Source: Octopus sinensis (taxonomy: Eukaryota). From it: a stretch of 64,000 bases of DNA. The first letter of the stretch is position 1, and each line of letters begins with the position of its first letter. Of the stretch, positions 12,996 to 25,490 are shown in pieces. Made by a program: the position numbers and the translations under genes. The stretch covers positions 21,018,001-21,082,000 of the forward strand of contig NC_043012.1 of the NCBI RefSeq assembly GCF_006345805.1, in the 5' to 3' direction. A model generated the notes under the pieces. That model was not told the origin of the DNA. It saw only the letters and a list, made by a program, of their open reading frames with translations, and ran no database searches.

Positions 12996-13437
12996 TATGT
13001 ATATGTTTGCGTATGTGTATATTTTTTCACTGATCCCTTGAGGGGTCTGTGCTGCATTGTATTGGAGAACCAATCACCTGTCACTCTGACATTCAATAAC
13101 AAAGTAACCCGTGACGGCATCGCTGCAAATCTGTATCCGATAACCTTACAGTTAACCCAATTTGTGCCCGCAATGCAATACAGAACTTAATGAATATAGC
13201 GAAGCATGTGCCAGCATACTACATATTTATCATTGCCTTGGAAGGCTGAGGTCAAATTCTCTTGAGAGGTAATCCATACAACAACCATCAGAGAAAAAGA
13301 TTAACTAAATAATATCAGAAAATGTGAGCCAAATAAGTATCGACATGTCTCTGGGTATGCAAACTATAGCAGACAAATTTCCCTCAAATCAAATCTTACC
13401 GTCTTATAAAAAAAAGGGAATAACATACTGAGTAAAC

Positions 13438-13852
13438 AGTACTCTTTACTCTTTTACTTGTTTCAGTCATTTGACTGCAGCCATGCTGGAGCACCACCTT
13501 TAGTCGAGCAAATCGACCCCGGGACTTATTCTTTGTAAGCCCAGTACTTATTCTATCGGTCTCTTACGCCGAACCGCTAAGTGACGGGGACGTAAACACA
13601 CCAGCATCGGTTGTCAAGCAATGCTAGGGGAACAAACAGAGACAAGCAAACACATACACACACACACACATATATATATACATATATACGACAGGCTTCT
13701 TTCAGTTTCCGTCTACCAAATCCACTCACAAGGCATTGGTCGGCCCGGGGCTATAGCAGAAGACACTTGCCCAAGATGCCACGCAGCGGGACTGAACCCG
13801 GAACCATGTAGTTGGTTAGCAAGCTACTTACCACACAGCCACTCCTGCGCCT
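13438..13852 (-). mobile_element. tRNA-derived composite SINE, family B (full length)
   Basis: Minus strand: AGGCGCAGGAGTGGCTGTGTGGTAAG (A box), CCGGGTTCAGTCC (B box), internal TA/TG microsatellite, core GATAGAATAAGTACT...GGGGTCGAT shared with family A, tail CCAGCATGGCTGCAGTCAAATGACTGAAAC plus (AAAGAGT) repeats. Confidence 0.85.
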
Positions 13853-14629
13853 GAAAAAATGAAAAAAACTTGATAACTGCAATTGGGAACTATTCAACTT
13901 TAGGCAAGATCAATCAGAGATGGCTCGGGAGTTAAGCAATAAAACGCACTCCAAATTGTATGTATGTAGGCTGAGATTAGCGACAAGTAGGCTGAGAAGA
14001 ACATAAAATTTGTATTAGGTGTTTATTTTGTTTATGTTGCATTATTATCGTTCCATCCATCTATTTCCTCCGTGCACAATTTCTGAGAGGGAATGTCGTG
14101 TGAATAGAACCTCCTCCATAATGTCTAATCAGATTCAAACGTTATTAGTTTTCTGTTTTCTTGTCTTCAATTACTAAAGGTTGTTAGCTTCTTCTGAAAC
14201 CGATTCTGTGCCCCCCGAGACACACATCCTTTATGCTTCCTGACCGACCCACATCCCCCAGATTAAGTTGCAGGCTTTTTGCTGGTTGTACAGGGATGGA
14301 GTGGAAGCTGAAATACGTTTTTCGAATGAAGCCTTCTACCTGAACTTTGAATGCATCCTTTATTACCCCGTACAATGGATGATGCTACTAGAAAACGTCG
14401 CACAAAGAACCTTCCCTATGTACATATGCCACTTTAGTTTCCGTGTTCATTTTCCATGAAAATCGGCCGGTATCTTTTTTCACCTTCTGCCCCCAATAAG
14501 CAATAAGTGGCAGTTCAAGACAGTTCGACTGAATTTGGCTGTTTCTTGCAATAAATTTCTCTTAGAAATAATCATTATTTTGGAAGAATTTGACTAAATC
14601 GTTCAGTCAATGTGTTGGTTTGGTAAGGC

Positions 14630-14702
14630 AGCGAGCTGGCAGAATCGTTAGACCGTCGGACAAACTACTTAGTCCGTCTCTACGTTCTAAGTTCAAATTG
14701 CG
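14630..14702 (+). mobile_element. SINE family A head fragment
   Basis: AAGGCAGCGAGCTGGCAGAATCGTTAGACCGTCGG...AAGTTCAAATT. Confidence 0.65.
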
Positions 14703-16044
14703 CTGCATTATGATTGTTTTAGTGCCATCCTATGATCTCACATCGAATGACTTGCCAGACAAATACAACTGGCAATATGTGTTATAATACATCTGGCAAT
14801 ATGTGTTATAATGTGTCGAATATATATATTACACACTTCGATCTTTCTTGGAAGAAAAAATTCAGTTTTTTATGCTACAAAATAATCACCAAGGAAGGAG
14901 AGAATTGTCGAGCATGTGCTGTATCATGAGTAGGATGTAATTATCATCATTAATAGTTTCATTATCATTAATTACACCTCCAATATTTCCCTACAGTTCT
15001 ATTGCTATCTGTTAGAATTCCGTGTATATACACTCTTGAATCGCAGCACACAACTTTTAAATTTCATATTCTGCTGCAGGAATTGAATTAAGTCGACTTA
15101 TCCTGCTTCTGATATTTTCTATCTAAATTTATATTTACTGTAGTTTTTGATTAAGAATGATAGTAATATAGCAATGATAGGATTGTGTTTAATATTTAGC
15201 TTCAAGTGTTCGTGTAAGTATTTTGCTGGAACAGATTAAAAAATAAAGAGTACGAGATTTCTAAGGATAGTAATCCTCTTGTTTTCTGAAAAAAGAAAAG
15301 AGAAAATTTCAGTAGTGGGATTGCAAATGAATACCAGGAATTTTAAAGATTTAAAAGTAAAATTCATCGATAAAATTGTAGAAATTTTTAGGCGATTTTT
15401 AATTTAAAACTAACATTTATCAAATTTTATAGATTTTCTTAAAATTCTGATGGATGTTATTATTGAAGCTTATCTCTCTAGCACAACCTGTGTAAAAAAA
15501 AAATTCCGCAAAGTTTTAAACCAGAAAGTTCTACATATCAGAACGAAGCGCAAAACACACACATACGCATACACACGCACATACACAGTGTTAAAACAAA
15601 AACGACCCTTCTCTAAACAAAATAAAAAAGAGGGATATCAAAAATAAATAAAACTTGGAACGTAGATTCGAAATGATAAGTTATTTTTCAAAAGTGCAAA
15701 GCTGCAGCATTAACGATAGATCACTACATGGAATGGTCTGAATGGATCTCACATTATTTTTCTCTAGAGCATGAAGAACATTCAAAACGAAACAACAAAC
15801 AACGGTGAAATAACGTTGATATATTTACTCAAAGGTTTCATACCGTTACAAATAATTCAATACCAAAAATATTAGCAAAGTTTCTACCTTCTTTTATTTG
15901 CTGAAAGATGTTATTGCAAAGGAGAGATAAGAGGGTCTCTTGTCATACAAACTAATGATCACGTGTCTTCTTCACGAAGTAGAATGGTTTTTGGTTCGCT
16001 GTTATATACGTTTCGAAGTCACCCGGTACCCTCTACCACAACGC

Positions 16045-16393
<349 letters not shown>

Positions 16394-17414
16394 CATTTGT
16401 TTTAGGGTGTGGAGATGGACTGGAGCAAGAAGGTTGTAAGGGAGGAGAAGTGATTGATAAATAACTTATTAGCACCCAGCCGTTTACTTTACTGCAACGA
16501 TAGATGGATTGTAAGACTCTCATACAAATCTTTACATTTCGTAAAAGTAGTCATCACACATCACACATATGTTTTTGTGTTCCACTATGAAATAGCTGCG
16601 GGAGTAATTGTTCTATTTACATATTAGAACGATGGCAAGAAAATAAATATTGATTCAGCTCGGTTTGTCGAAAAAACTATCGCGCTGATTTTACATTTAT
16701 TTTCAAATCATAAATCTTCGTGTAAATATCTTCTTTACCAATAGGTTGCTTAAACATTGTTTTGTTGTATCAGTATGCATTCCGCATCTATACAGCTATT
16801 TTAGACTCTTTATACAACCAACCGTTATGATGCTGGTACAAAAGGAGACGAAACAATTATGGTACTCCAGAGTAAAGTTTATAATGTTCAGTCGTGGTTA
16901 GAAGTTAAAAAAGAAAACTAAAAAAGAAAACTAAACAAAACAAACTTAAGATAATGTTACATAACCCAGCTGGCCGTTAGGGCATTAATGAAAACTTGGT
17001 CTTCGTATAATGATTAACTTAGAACACATTACTTTGGCTTCTTGTTGGCTCTTCCTGGGCTATAGAGAGCTGAACAAATAAAACACACGTTGTTAGTTAA
17101 CTTCTAATGAAATTTTATGAGAGCCATTCTTCTTTAGGTCATATTGATACTTTCATCGGGTTAACTTAACGTCTCAGCAATTTCATATCACTCTAATGGA
17201 ATTCACAAAACGAATAAAAACATATGTTGTTTAATGTGCATACATTCAAACATACATAAACATACATATATACCTATATACAAACATGCACACGCACGCA
17301 TATGAATAATACGTGTTAACACACATATTATATGTATATACGCACCCATACACTCACACACACGTATAAGTTTTATGGAAGAGAACACAAAGCCAAGATA
17401 TTGAATTCAAATTT

Positions 17415-17620
17415 TGCCACAAGACCGGCAATTTCGGTGTGTGAGATGTACGTCGATTACATCGACTCCAGTATTTAACTGGTACTTATTTTATCGACCC
17501 TGACAGGATTAAATGCAAAGTCCGCCTCGGTGTTACTCGAACTCAGAATGTTAAGTCTGCAGACATACTGCTAAGCATTTTGTCTGACGCTGTGATGTTT
17601 CTGCCAACTCGGCGCCTTAC
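17415..17620 (-). mobile_element. SINE family A (decayed)
   Basis: GTCGATTACATCGACTCCAG...CTGGTACTTATTTTATCGACCC...CTGCCAACTCGGCGCC. Confidence 0.7.
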
Positions 17621-17769
17621 CTGACAGAAGCACATTAGCCATTCAAATACACACAAATCCCCTTTGCTTTGCTCAAACAATTATTATTGGGTGTGAACTT
17701 TTTCGTCGCTTTAACTGTGAGCTGGACACTGATACGGTTGCACTAAGAGAAATTAACAGTTTTTCTGAT

Positions 17770-18073
17770 TATGAATGACGAATATGGGAACCGATATTAA
17801 GGAAGGATAGAAAAATATAAGATTTATAAGCTCTAAAATTTAATCCATAATTGCCCACGGGTATATGGCTAAGTGGTTAAGAACGCGGGCTGAACACTAA
17901 TAATAGTGACCTGAACACTAATAACAGTGACCTGAACACTAATAACAATGACCTGAACACTAATAACAGTGGCCTGAACACTAATAACAGTGACCTGAAC
18001 ACTAATAACAGTGACCTGAACACTAATAACAGTGACCTGAACACTAATAACAGTGACCTGAACACTAATAACA
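17770..18073 (+). mobile_element. Penelope-like 3-prime fragment with 9 x 21-bp minisatellite
   Basis: 17775-17930 is the reverse complement of 18655-18825 (end of the GIY-YIG ORF, IWEPILRKDRKI). The unit TGACCTGAACACTAATAACAG repeats 9 times from 17890 to 18073. Confidence 0.75.
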
Positions 18074-18549
18074 AGAGCCTTCCACGCTCTAGTTGATATA
18101 AGATATATCTTCTCAAATAAAATAAAATTATAAATTAGCAGCTACAGTCTGAAACATAAAACGTTCGAAACCCATTTAAAATTGACAGAAAAAATTTTCT
18201 GTCAGTAACAAATAAAACACGTCAATTTTTTTTTGTTTTTCCTCAAAATTAAAGCCTGCAAATGTATTAGTCTAGTTTCTCATCCTGCTATTTCTTGGTT
18301 CTTTTTTCTTGCAATTTTTCCTTTCTAACTAAGAATCTTATCTACACATGCATCTTACACTTTTTTCACAGATAATTTCTCAGCCACTTAACACCCGAAA
18401 AATGTCTACTCTTGTGTCTAACATAGTGTGGTCTCATATTTTGGCTGGAAGAAAAAAAAAGAACCACTTGAAAATAAAGAAATTCTAAACTACTTAATAC
18501 TACATTATTTACATTCGACATATATTTGTCCTCATCTTGTTTGTTGTTA

Positions 18550-18593
18550 ACACAACGTTTCGGCTAATATACCCCTCAGCTTTCTTCGGGTGT
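18550..18593 (-). ncRNA. Minimal type I hammerhead ribozyme, mutated core (PLE pLTR)
   Basis: ACAC-CCGAAGA-A-AGCUG AGGGGUAUAU UAGCC-GAAAC-GUU/GUGU; U4 is changed to C; palindromic stem III AACGUU. Confidence 0.65.
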
Positions 18594-19261
18594 CTTGGGG
18601 AAATTTCGAACCTGGGTTCTCATACCAAAGGTATTTCTTGATGGTATTATTATTATTAGTGTTCAGGTCACTGCTTGTTATTAGTGTTCAGGTCACTATT
18701 ATTAGTGTTCAGCCCGTGTTCTTAACCACTAAGTCATATACCCGTGGGCAATTATGGAGTGAATTTCAGGGCTTATAACTCTAATATTTTTCTATCCTTC
18801 CTTAATACCGGTTCCCATATTCTGCTCATATCTCCACTCGGTCTGCTTAGGAGGTTGTTCAGTCCTAGCATATGTGCTGCTTCATTTAGTTTTCATATTT
18901 TCCAGTGGTGTTCTCCGTCTATAATTTTAACTTCATCCCACAGGGGAAGGTGATCTCCATTTTTCCATACATGATCAGCTATACCCGATTTATCAATATC
19001 TACTCGTGTCACAGCTTTGCGATGTTCGTCTACCCTTATTTTGAGGGGGCGGCATGTTTAGCCTTTGTATAACCTACCACAGCTGCATGGGAAGGAGTAC
19101 ACGCAGTCTTTGGTCACATTCTTTTCTATTAGTGGTTTTACTCGAAGAAGATATTTGCGAAGTGTTGTGTTACTCGTGGGCATATGGCGTAGATGTTAAG
19201 AGCGCGGGCTATTAACCCCAAGATTCCGAGTTCCATTTCAAGCATTGATCTGAACACTAAC

Positions 19262-19305
<44 letters not shown>

Positions 19306-19361
19306 CAACAACATCGAAAAATACCTTAGGAATGAGAACCCAGGTTCGAAATTTCCCCAAG

Positions 19362-19405
19362 ACACCTAAAGAAGACTGGAGGGTAAATCAGCCGAAATGT
19401 TGTGT
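19362..19405 (+). ncRNA. Minimal type I hammerhead ribozyme, mutated core (inverted pLTR copy)
   Basis: ACAC-CUAAAGA-A-GACUG GAGGGUAAAU CAGCC-GAAAU-GUU/GUGU; G5 is changed to A. The consensus of this and the 18550 copy restores CUGAAGA. Confidence 0.6.
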
Positions 19406-20085
19406 TAACAACAAACAAGATGAGGAGAAATATCCGTCGAATGTAAATAATGTAACTAATGTATATAATTCCTCATCTCTTAAATATAGAACTGTACCTA
19501 ATACTAAACGAACTTCTAATGTGACAGCTAATATTTTCATGTAAATATTAGAAATGGAAACACCTATTCCAGACAATGAAAAAGGCCCAAAACACTACCT
19601 GGCGAGACTCAAACAATAGCCACATTGCTTGCGAATCAGGAGATAATTAGAAATATTCGAGTAGAGAAGCTTGTTTGAGAGTGGATTTTGTAATATCTGT
19701 TACCATAATAATCACGTATTGTTTCATTATATAAATATAAACCGTAATTTCCTTAAATCATATTCAGCTTCTAAAAGAAGGCAAAATTGCTATGAAAATA
19801 TCTTTAACTAATTCGCTGTTAAAATATCTTTGATGAGGCACTGAGAGACGATTTCATCGCAAGAAAATTTTAAACGAAAATACTATGCATATCCTTCATT
19901 CATGTTGCACTCACATACTGACAAGGTATTACATGAGGTAGTAAATGGAGAAACCTGGGAGTTCTTCTTGGGCTGTCTTAGTTGCAGTTACAGAAATCGC
20001 GTTACAGCTATCACGAGTTACAGGATTTTAGGCTTACGGAAATTTTAAAATATAACTACAGATTTCGAGATATGATTATAATTTT

Positions 20086-20280
20086 ACGGAGATGTACTTG
20101 CATAGCAAGTGATTTGATCTGAGATCGTGTGCTGGAACGAAAACAATTGCATCGTGGAAGGTGTTTGTAAGCCATTTAAGAAACACAAAAAAGCCATTTA
20201 GGAAACACACAAACATTTAAGTTTAATTTGTCAAAATATTTTCGTCGCTATAGGACCGCGACCTGTTCACTGACATAATT
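20086..20280 (-). mobile_element. PLE-pLTR-like interspersed repeat carrying a hammerhead-like fold
   Basis: ACGGAGATGTACTTGCATAGCAAGTGA... also occurs, inverted, at 58195-58240, and the AAGCCATTT...AAAATATTTTCGTCG block recurs at 57930-58035. Confidence 0.6.
20229..20275 (-). ncRNA. Hammerhead-like fold with swapped G3-C8 core
   Basis: UGUCA-GUGAACA-G-GUCGC GGUCCUAUA GCGAC-GAAA-AUAU-UU/UGACA: perfect 5-bp stems I and II, GAAA and a palindromic stem III. The core reads GUGAACA instead of CUGANGA. Confidence 0.55.
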
Positions 20281-20704
20281 TTGCCCTTAAGAAAATTCGG
20301 ATAGATTTTAAGAATTTAAAAATTGCAGTTTGTGTTTAGCCATGCGGCTGCGTCTCGGCATTTTGGCTAAGATCAAATTATAGTTACCAATTGAAAGACT
20401 ATAAAGACTATAGAACATACATGTGCGCGCGGGCGTGAGCCTCTGTGTGTGTGTGTGAAAGTTTGTGTGTGTATGTGTGAAAGTTTGTGTATGCGTCATT
20501 ATAACCACTTATGGAGATCGAGTTGAAACTTTTTCTATCAATATTTGTGTTTGTATATTATTTGTTTGATCACAATAAGTGACTCTCTATAAACCGACCT
20601 TTAGCACCGCTGCTATTATCAACATCCCCACAACCACCATCAGCACTAAAACCACTATAAGCAGCGCCACTACGAACCCACTAACTGTTGAATAACAGTA
20701 ACAA

Positions 20705-20885
20705 AGCCAAGAAGTACAGCTAAGTCACATTACATCGACCCCAATGCTCAACGGGCACTTATTTTATCGAGCCCGGAAGGATGAAAGGCAAAGTTAACCT
20801 CGGCAGAATCTGAACTGAGAATGTAAAGACGGTTTAACTGGTGTTAAAGCATTTTATCCGGCATAATAACAGGTCTACTAACTCT
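20705..20885 (-). mobile_element. SINE family A (decayed)
   Basis: CACATTACATCGACCCCAATGCTCAAC...TTATCGAGCCCGGAAGGATGAAAGGCAAAGTTAACCTCGGCAGAATCTGAACT. Confidence 0.7.
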
Positions 20886-21573
20886 GTGATTCTGAATATA
20901 AAAATCAGTCGAGTGGCATTTCTCTGGATGCAGTTCAGGATGTTTTTGCATACAACAACAATTGCGTTCCAGATTGGGGATTATTCCGGCATTCTTGTCA
21001 CCTGAGTTTCGTAAAGGATCAGTATTCTTTTTTGTTTGTTGCTCCCCAGATGGTTAGGGTGGGGGGAGAAATTCCTTCGCTGAAAAGAAGGGAACGGTGT
21101 TTTAGATGCACTTCTAGCTATTTTAATAATGTACGTTTTCGTGAAGTGAGATTCTTGTAGACAGTAATGCCTAGGTTTCGGTGCGATCAAGAGAGTCCTT
21201 GTGGTGTACACTTCATGTTTACTGGGTGGGGAGGGAGATTTATGTTTTGTTTTTGTTTTGTTTTGTTTTGTTTTTTTGGTGGGTGGTTGTTCTTCATATG
21301 AGAAATGCATGTATTCATTATTACCTCTGAAAGACAAGATCGACGTTCCTTCACAGAAAGATACCTTCACAGCCACTATGCTTGATATCTTTACAGATAT
21401 GGCTTGGGTTGTCTAGGTTACAAGTGGATAACGTTTCGAATGGGTAAGTTTGAGAGGAATGAAGGTAGTTGTCACTTCAGTTCAGATAGACCTTGTTAGA
21501 GGTGATGCATGGGATGAAGTGTATATTAGAAATATTTCAGACCTGAGACATATCCTTGTTGATATAGAGTGTG

Positions 21574-21616
<43 letters not shown>

Positions 21617-22089
21617 ATGTGATGTGTGTGTGTGTGTGTGTCAGTGTGTCTGTGTGTGTGATTGTGATGTGTTTGTGGGTGTGTGTGTGTGTAAGTGTGT
21701 GTTTGTGTAAGTGTCTGTGTGTGTGTGTGTGATTGTGATGTGCGTGAATGAGATTGTATGTGTGTGTACATGTGTTTGAATGTGATGTGTGTGTGAGTGT
21801 CTGTGTATGTGTGATTGTGATGTGTTTGAGTGTATGTGTCTGTGTATGTGTGTCTGTGATTTTGATGTGCGTGAATGTGATTGCGTGTGTGTGTGTGTGA
21901 TTGTATGTGTGTGTGTGTGTGTGTGTGATTGCATGTGTGTGTGTCAGTGAGTTCCATAGGTAGAACCCGCAACAGTGTGATTTAAAAGGAAGCTTCTTAT
22001 TCAGAAAATGAGAGACGTTGTAATCCACAGACGCCAATTTTGACAGGGGATTAGCATGACGGATCAGCCTGAATGTTTTCACAAGATTC

Positions 22090-22325
22090 CTTTGAAGCGG
22101 GAACACCACCCACCTTCAGGTGGATTACATAGGAATTGATTAATCTTTACGGATGTCGTACTAGCGGATATTAAGTTTAGAGTTATTCAATATATTTGAG
22201 AATTCCTGTATTAAACACTGATTCCGTTACCTTCAAAATTGAGCGCGAGAGGGCGATGTTCGGCACGATAAAAGTAGTTACTCTTCTTGGGAAGAAAAGG
22301 AATACACTGAAGCGTATTTTCAAGG

Positions 22326-22392
<67 letters not shown>

Positions 22393-22429
22393 GGACAGAG
22401 TGAGAGAGAGAGAGAGAGAGAGTGAGTGA

Positions 22430-22470
<41 letters not shown>

Positions 22471-22950
22471 CGTAGGAAAAAGACAGAGACAGGGAAATGT
22501 GTGGACAGAGATTAAGATGGAGACACGTTCTGGATCGCATTGTCTGAGGGTAGTTTAAGCGAAAGTGACGGGGACGATACACTTTTTGCTTTAAAGCAAC
22601 TTGGTAATACTTTAGCACTTGGCATAGTGGTGGCCCGGGTGAATGGTAAAGAGATAGATTTGGAAGTGGTTTACCATATGTGTGAGCAATGTTATAGGAA
22701 TGCACAACAAGTGGTAATACCACGCAGTTAACAATAATAACAGATTTCACGAAAGGATCACTGTTCATACGACCATCACGGTTGAGAACTGAAGTTAAGA
22801 GAATTCTACAAAGCTGGTAAACAGCCTTTTTGACAATCATCGTTTACAGTTTCGGAGTCGAGAGGTTTTGAAGGATATACACTATATGAGGATTTCCTTT
22901 GCAATTAGGGTGACAATTTTGCAAGAGCTATAATATTGAGTAAACGCTAC
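22090..22950 (+). pseudogene. Possible heavily decayed LTR-retrotransposon integrase remnant, interrupted by microsatellites
   Basis: Fragments seen across frames: HLQVDYIG (rve first-D-like), WWPG..KEID..VV..MCEQC.RN (HHCC-like) and IVYSFGV. Many stops and frameshifts, and the motif order is not collinear. Confidence 0.3.
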
Positions 22951-23324
22951 TCAACTTGAAAGGATGAGCGATTTTCTCTAGACGTTCTACTCTTTGGGGC
23001 TTTCGATTGAACTGCTGCACTGTAGTTATTATTGAATCACTTGAGAGACTTTAAGCATTTAGTTTGTGCTGGCTGTGTTATACGGAGGAACATTAACACG
23101 ACGGTTTGAAAGACATGCGTGCCTGTGTCTGTAGGATCAGAATTGAAATACAACCATTGCCAGGGCTTATTCGCATTGAACTGGCGGGCATCTGATCGAT
23201 ATTGTTGTAATGTACACAATATTTTTTTTTTCTTAGACTCTAGGGAATCATAAGGCTGGTTACCCAGGTTTCTGTAGCATATAACTAAGAATGAGATCAC
23301 GGCATTATCTTAAAAAGATTATCT

Positions 23325-23700
23325 GTGTGTGTGTGTGTGCGTGCGTAGGAAAAAGACAGAGACAGGGAAATGTTTGGACAGAGATTAAGATGGAGACACG
23401 TTCTGGATCGCATTGTCTGAGGGTAATTTAAGCGAAAGTGACGGAGACGATACACTTTTTGCTTTAAAGCAACTTGGAAATACTTTAGCACTTGGCATAG
23501 TGGTGGCCCGGGTGAATGGTAAAGAGATAGATTTGGAAGTGGTTTACCATATGTGTGAGCAATGTTATAGGAATGCACAACAAGTGGTAATACCACGCAC
23601 TTAACAATAGTAACATATTTCACGAAGGGATCACTGTTTAAACGACCATCACGGTTGAGAACTGAAGTAAAGAGAATTCTACAAAGTTGGTAAACATCCT
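23325..23700 (+). repeat. Local direct duplicate of 22455-22830
   Basis: GCGTGCGTAGGAAAAAGACAGAGACAGGG...CAAAG(C/T)TGGTAAACA aligns throughout with scattered substitutions. Confidence 0.9.
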
Positions 23701-23704
23701 GTTA

Positions 23705-23898
23705 CTAGCGATTTGGGAACAAGGAGACAAACCGATCACATCGACCCCGGTATCTGACTGGTATTTCATTTTGCCAATCCAGAAGGGATAAATAGCAAAA
23801 CTGACCTCAGTGGAATTTTAAACTCAGAACGTAAAGAGCTGGAAGAAATGGCGCTATGCACTTTATGCGACGCACCAATGATTCTGCCAGCTCGCTGC
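23705..23898 (-). mobile_element. SINE family A (decayed)
   Basis: CACATCGACCCCGGTATCTGACTGGT...AACTCAGAACGT...GATTCTGCCAGCTCGCTG. Confidence 0.7.
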
Positions 23899-25161
23899 AC
23901 CATGCACATTATTGCCAGATTAGAAATTCTTTGAAGGTCTTAAACTTTTATGGATCAGAATTTAATGTGTTTTTCCCTTATCCTCACTTGGTAATTTAAC
24001 TAAACAATGAAAATCCCAGATATTAGGTTATTTGCTTGACGTAATAAAACAGATTTTATTGGAAGCAGAAGGATTCCTGATTTCTCCGATGAATGTAATT
24101 AAAATTTCGAATTCCGAGTGCAAAATACAGTATTCTTTCCCCATATTAATCCATGACCTTCCCCTCATTAGTCGATTTCACAGGAATCTATAGAAGCAGC
24201 CTCATTATTCTAAACTATTCAAGCGTGAAAGACGTTATCACAATGCCTGATTAGTACTTAGACGACATTTCCAAACGCTCACCAACCTCATTAAGACTCT
24301 CTTTTAATTTCATTGTTCTGACAGATTCAAGTTTTCAGTACTAATTGACCTAAAGAATGAGAAAATAATGATTAAAATCTCTTTAATTAATACTGCCAGA
24401 GATTTTTCATTTCAACCCCATGAACTTATCCCATTAATCTGGTAGGCTCAAAACAAATTTTCGCTTTATAATCCCTTGTGAAATTTATCTTTTTTTATCA
24501 AATACTTCATTTTATAAACTCAAATAATTTCAAATTAGATTACAGATGTATTCAATTTTGTTATTTTATCAGCAATTCCAAGACAGAAATTAACAATGGT
24601 ATGCGAGTGAATATCTAAAATAATCCAACGAAAAATAATCTCCGAATCATTGAAAATATTTGAAATACTCTTAATACAAAAGTGGAACTATTTTAGTTTA
24701 CTTTGTCGAATATTTTTGTCATATAAACTTATCATTTAAACACGAACGCAGGGGCAAATACGGCTATAAAGTTTTTAAAAATTCCCTTTGAAATTACGAG
24801 GTTTCGCGTTCAATCTCATTATACGAAAGCTTGATGTGTCTTGCACACCAGCTTCATTTTAATAGAAGCCTTTCGCGTGGAAGTTTTTGATAGAAACTAT
24901 TTAGGAACCCGTCAGAATGCAAGTACTTGTTCTTAGTCTCTCTCTTTCTCACTCTGTTTAACACTACCCTCGGTCTTTAGGTGCATTTAGTGGGATCTGC
25001 TCTGTTTACGGATAAACACTAAGCTGACAAAGTTCAATTCTAAAAATCTACAGGAAGTGATATAAACCCACCTACATTTTTCATTAAAGTTCAAAGGCAT
25101 CCTCGGAATTGCTTGATCAGTAAAGCCTTCTGGGGAGTGTGGTACTTTGAGTGTGGTACTT

Positions 25162-25355
25162 GGAATAGATTAATCTTTACGGAAGCCGTGCCGGCGGATA
25201 TTAAGTTTAGAGTTATTCAATATATTTGAGAACTCCTGTATTAAACACTGATTCCGTTACCTTCAAAATTGAGCGCGAGAGGGCGATGTTCGGCACGATA
25301 AAAGTAGTTACTCTTCTTGGGAAGAAAAGGAATACACTGAAGCGTATTTTCAAGG

Positions 25356-25398
<43 letters not shown>

Positions 25399-25490
25399 GG
25401 ACAGAGTGAGAGAGAGAGAGAGAGAGTGAGTGAGTGTGTGTGTGTGTGTGTGCGTGCGTAGGAAAAAGACAGAGACAGGGAAATGTGTGG
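25162..25490 (+). repeat. Local direct duplicate of 22132-22504 flanked by 17-bp direct repeats
   Basis: Near-identical to 22132-22504, including the (GACA)n and (GA)n tracts. GAGTGTGGTACTTGGAA lies at 25149-25165 and 25492-25508. Confidence 0.9.

Larger units (their letters stand above)
18500..19495 (-). mobile_element. Penelope-like element: GIY-YIG endonuclease remnant with inverted pseudo-LTRs
   Basis: 19176-18776 on minus reads TTLRKYLLRVKPLIEKNVTKDCVYSFPCSCGRLYKG*TCRPLKIRVDEHRKAVTRVDIDKSGIADHVWK...WDEVKIID...W. Arms 18501-18672 and 19249-19454 are inverted copies, the classic PLE inverted pLTR arrangement. Confidence 0.88.

Noticed and set aside
13690-13852. SINE heads as functional tRNA genes
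   Set aside because: A/B boxes are present but there is no complete cloverleaf, and they continue into SINE core and tail sequence in many diverged copies.
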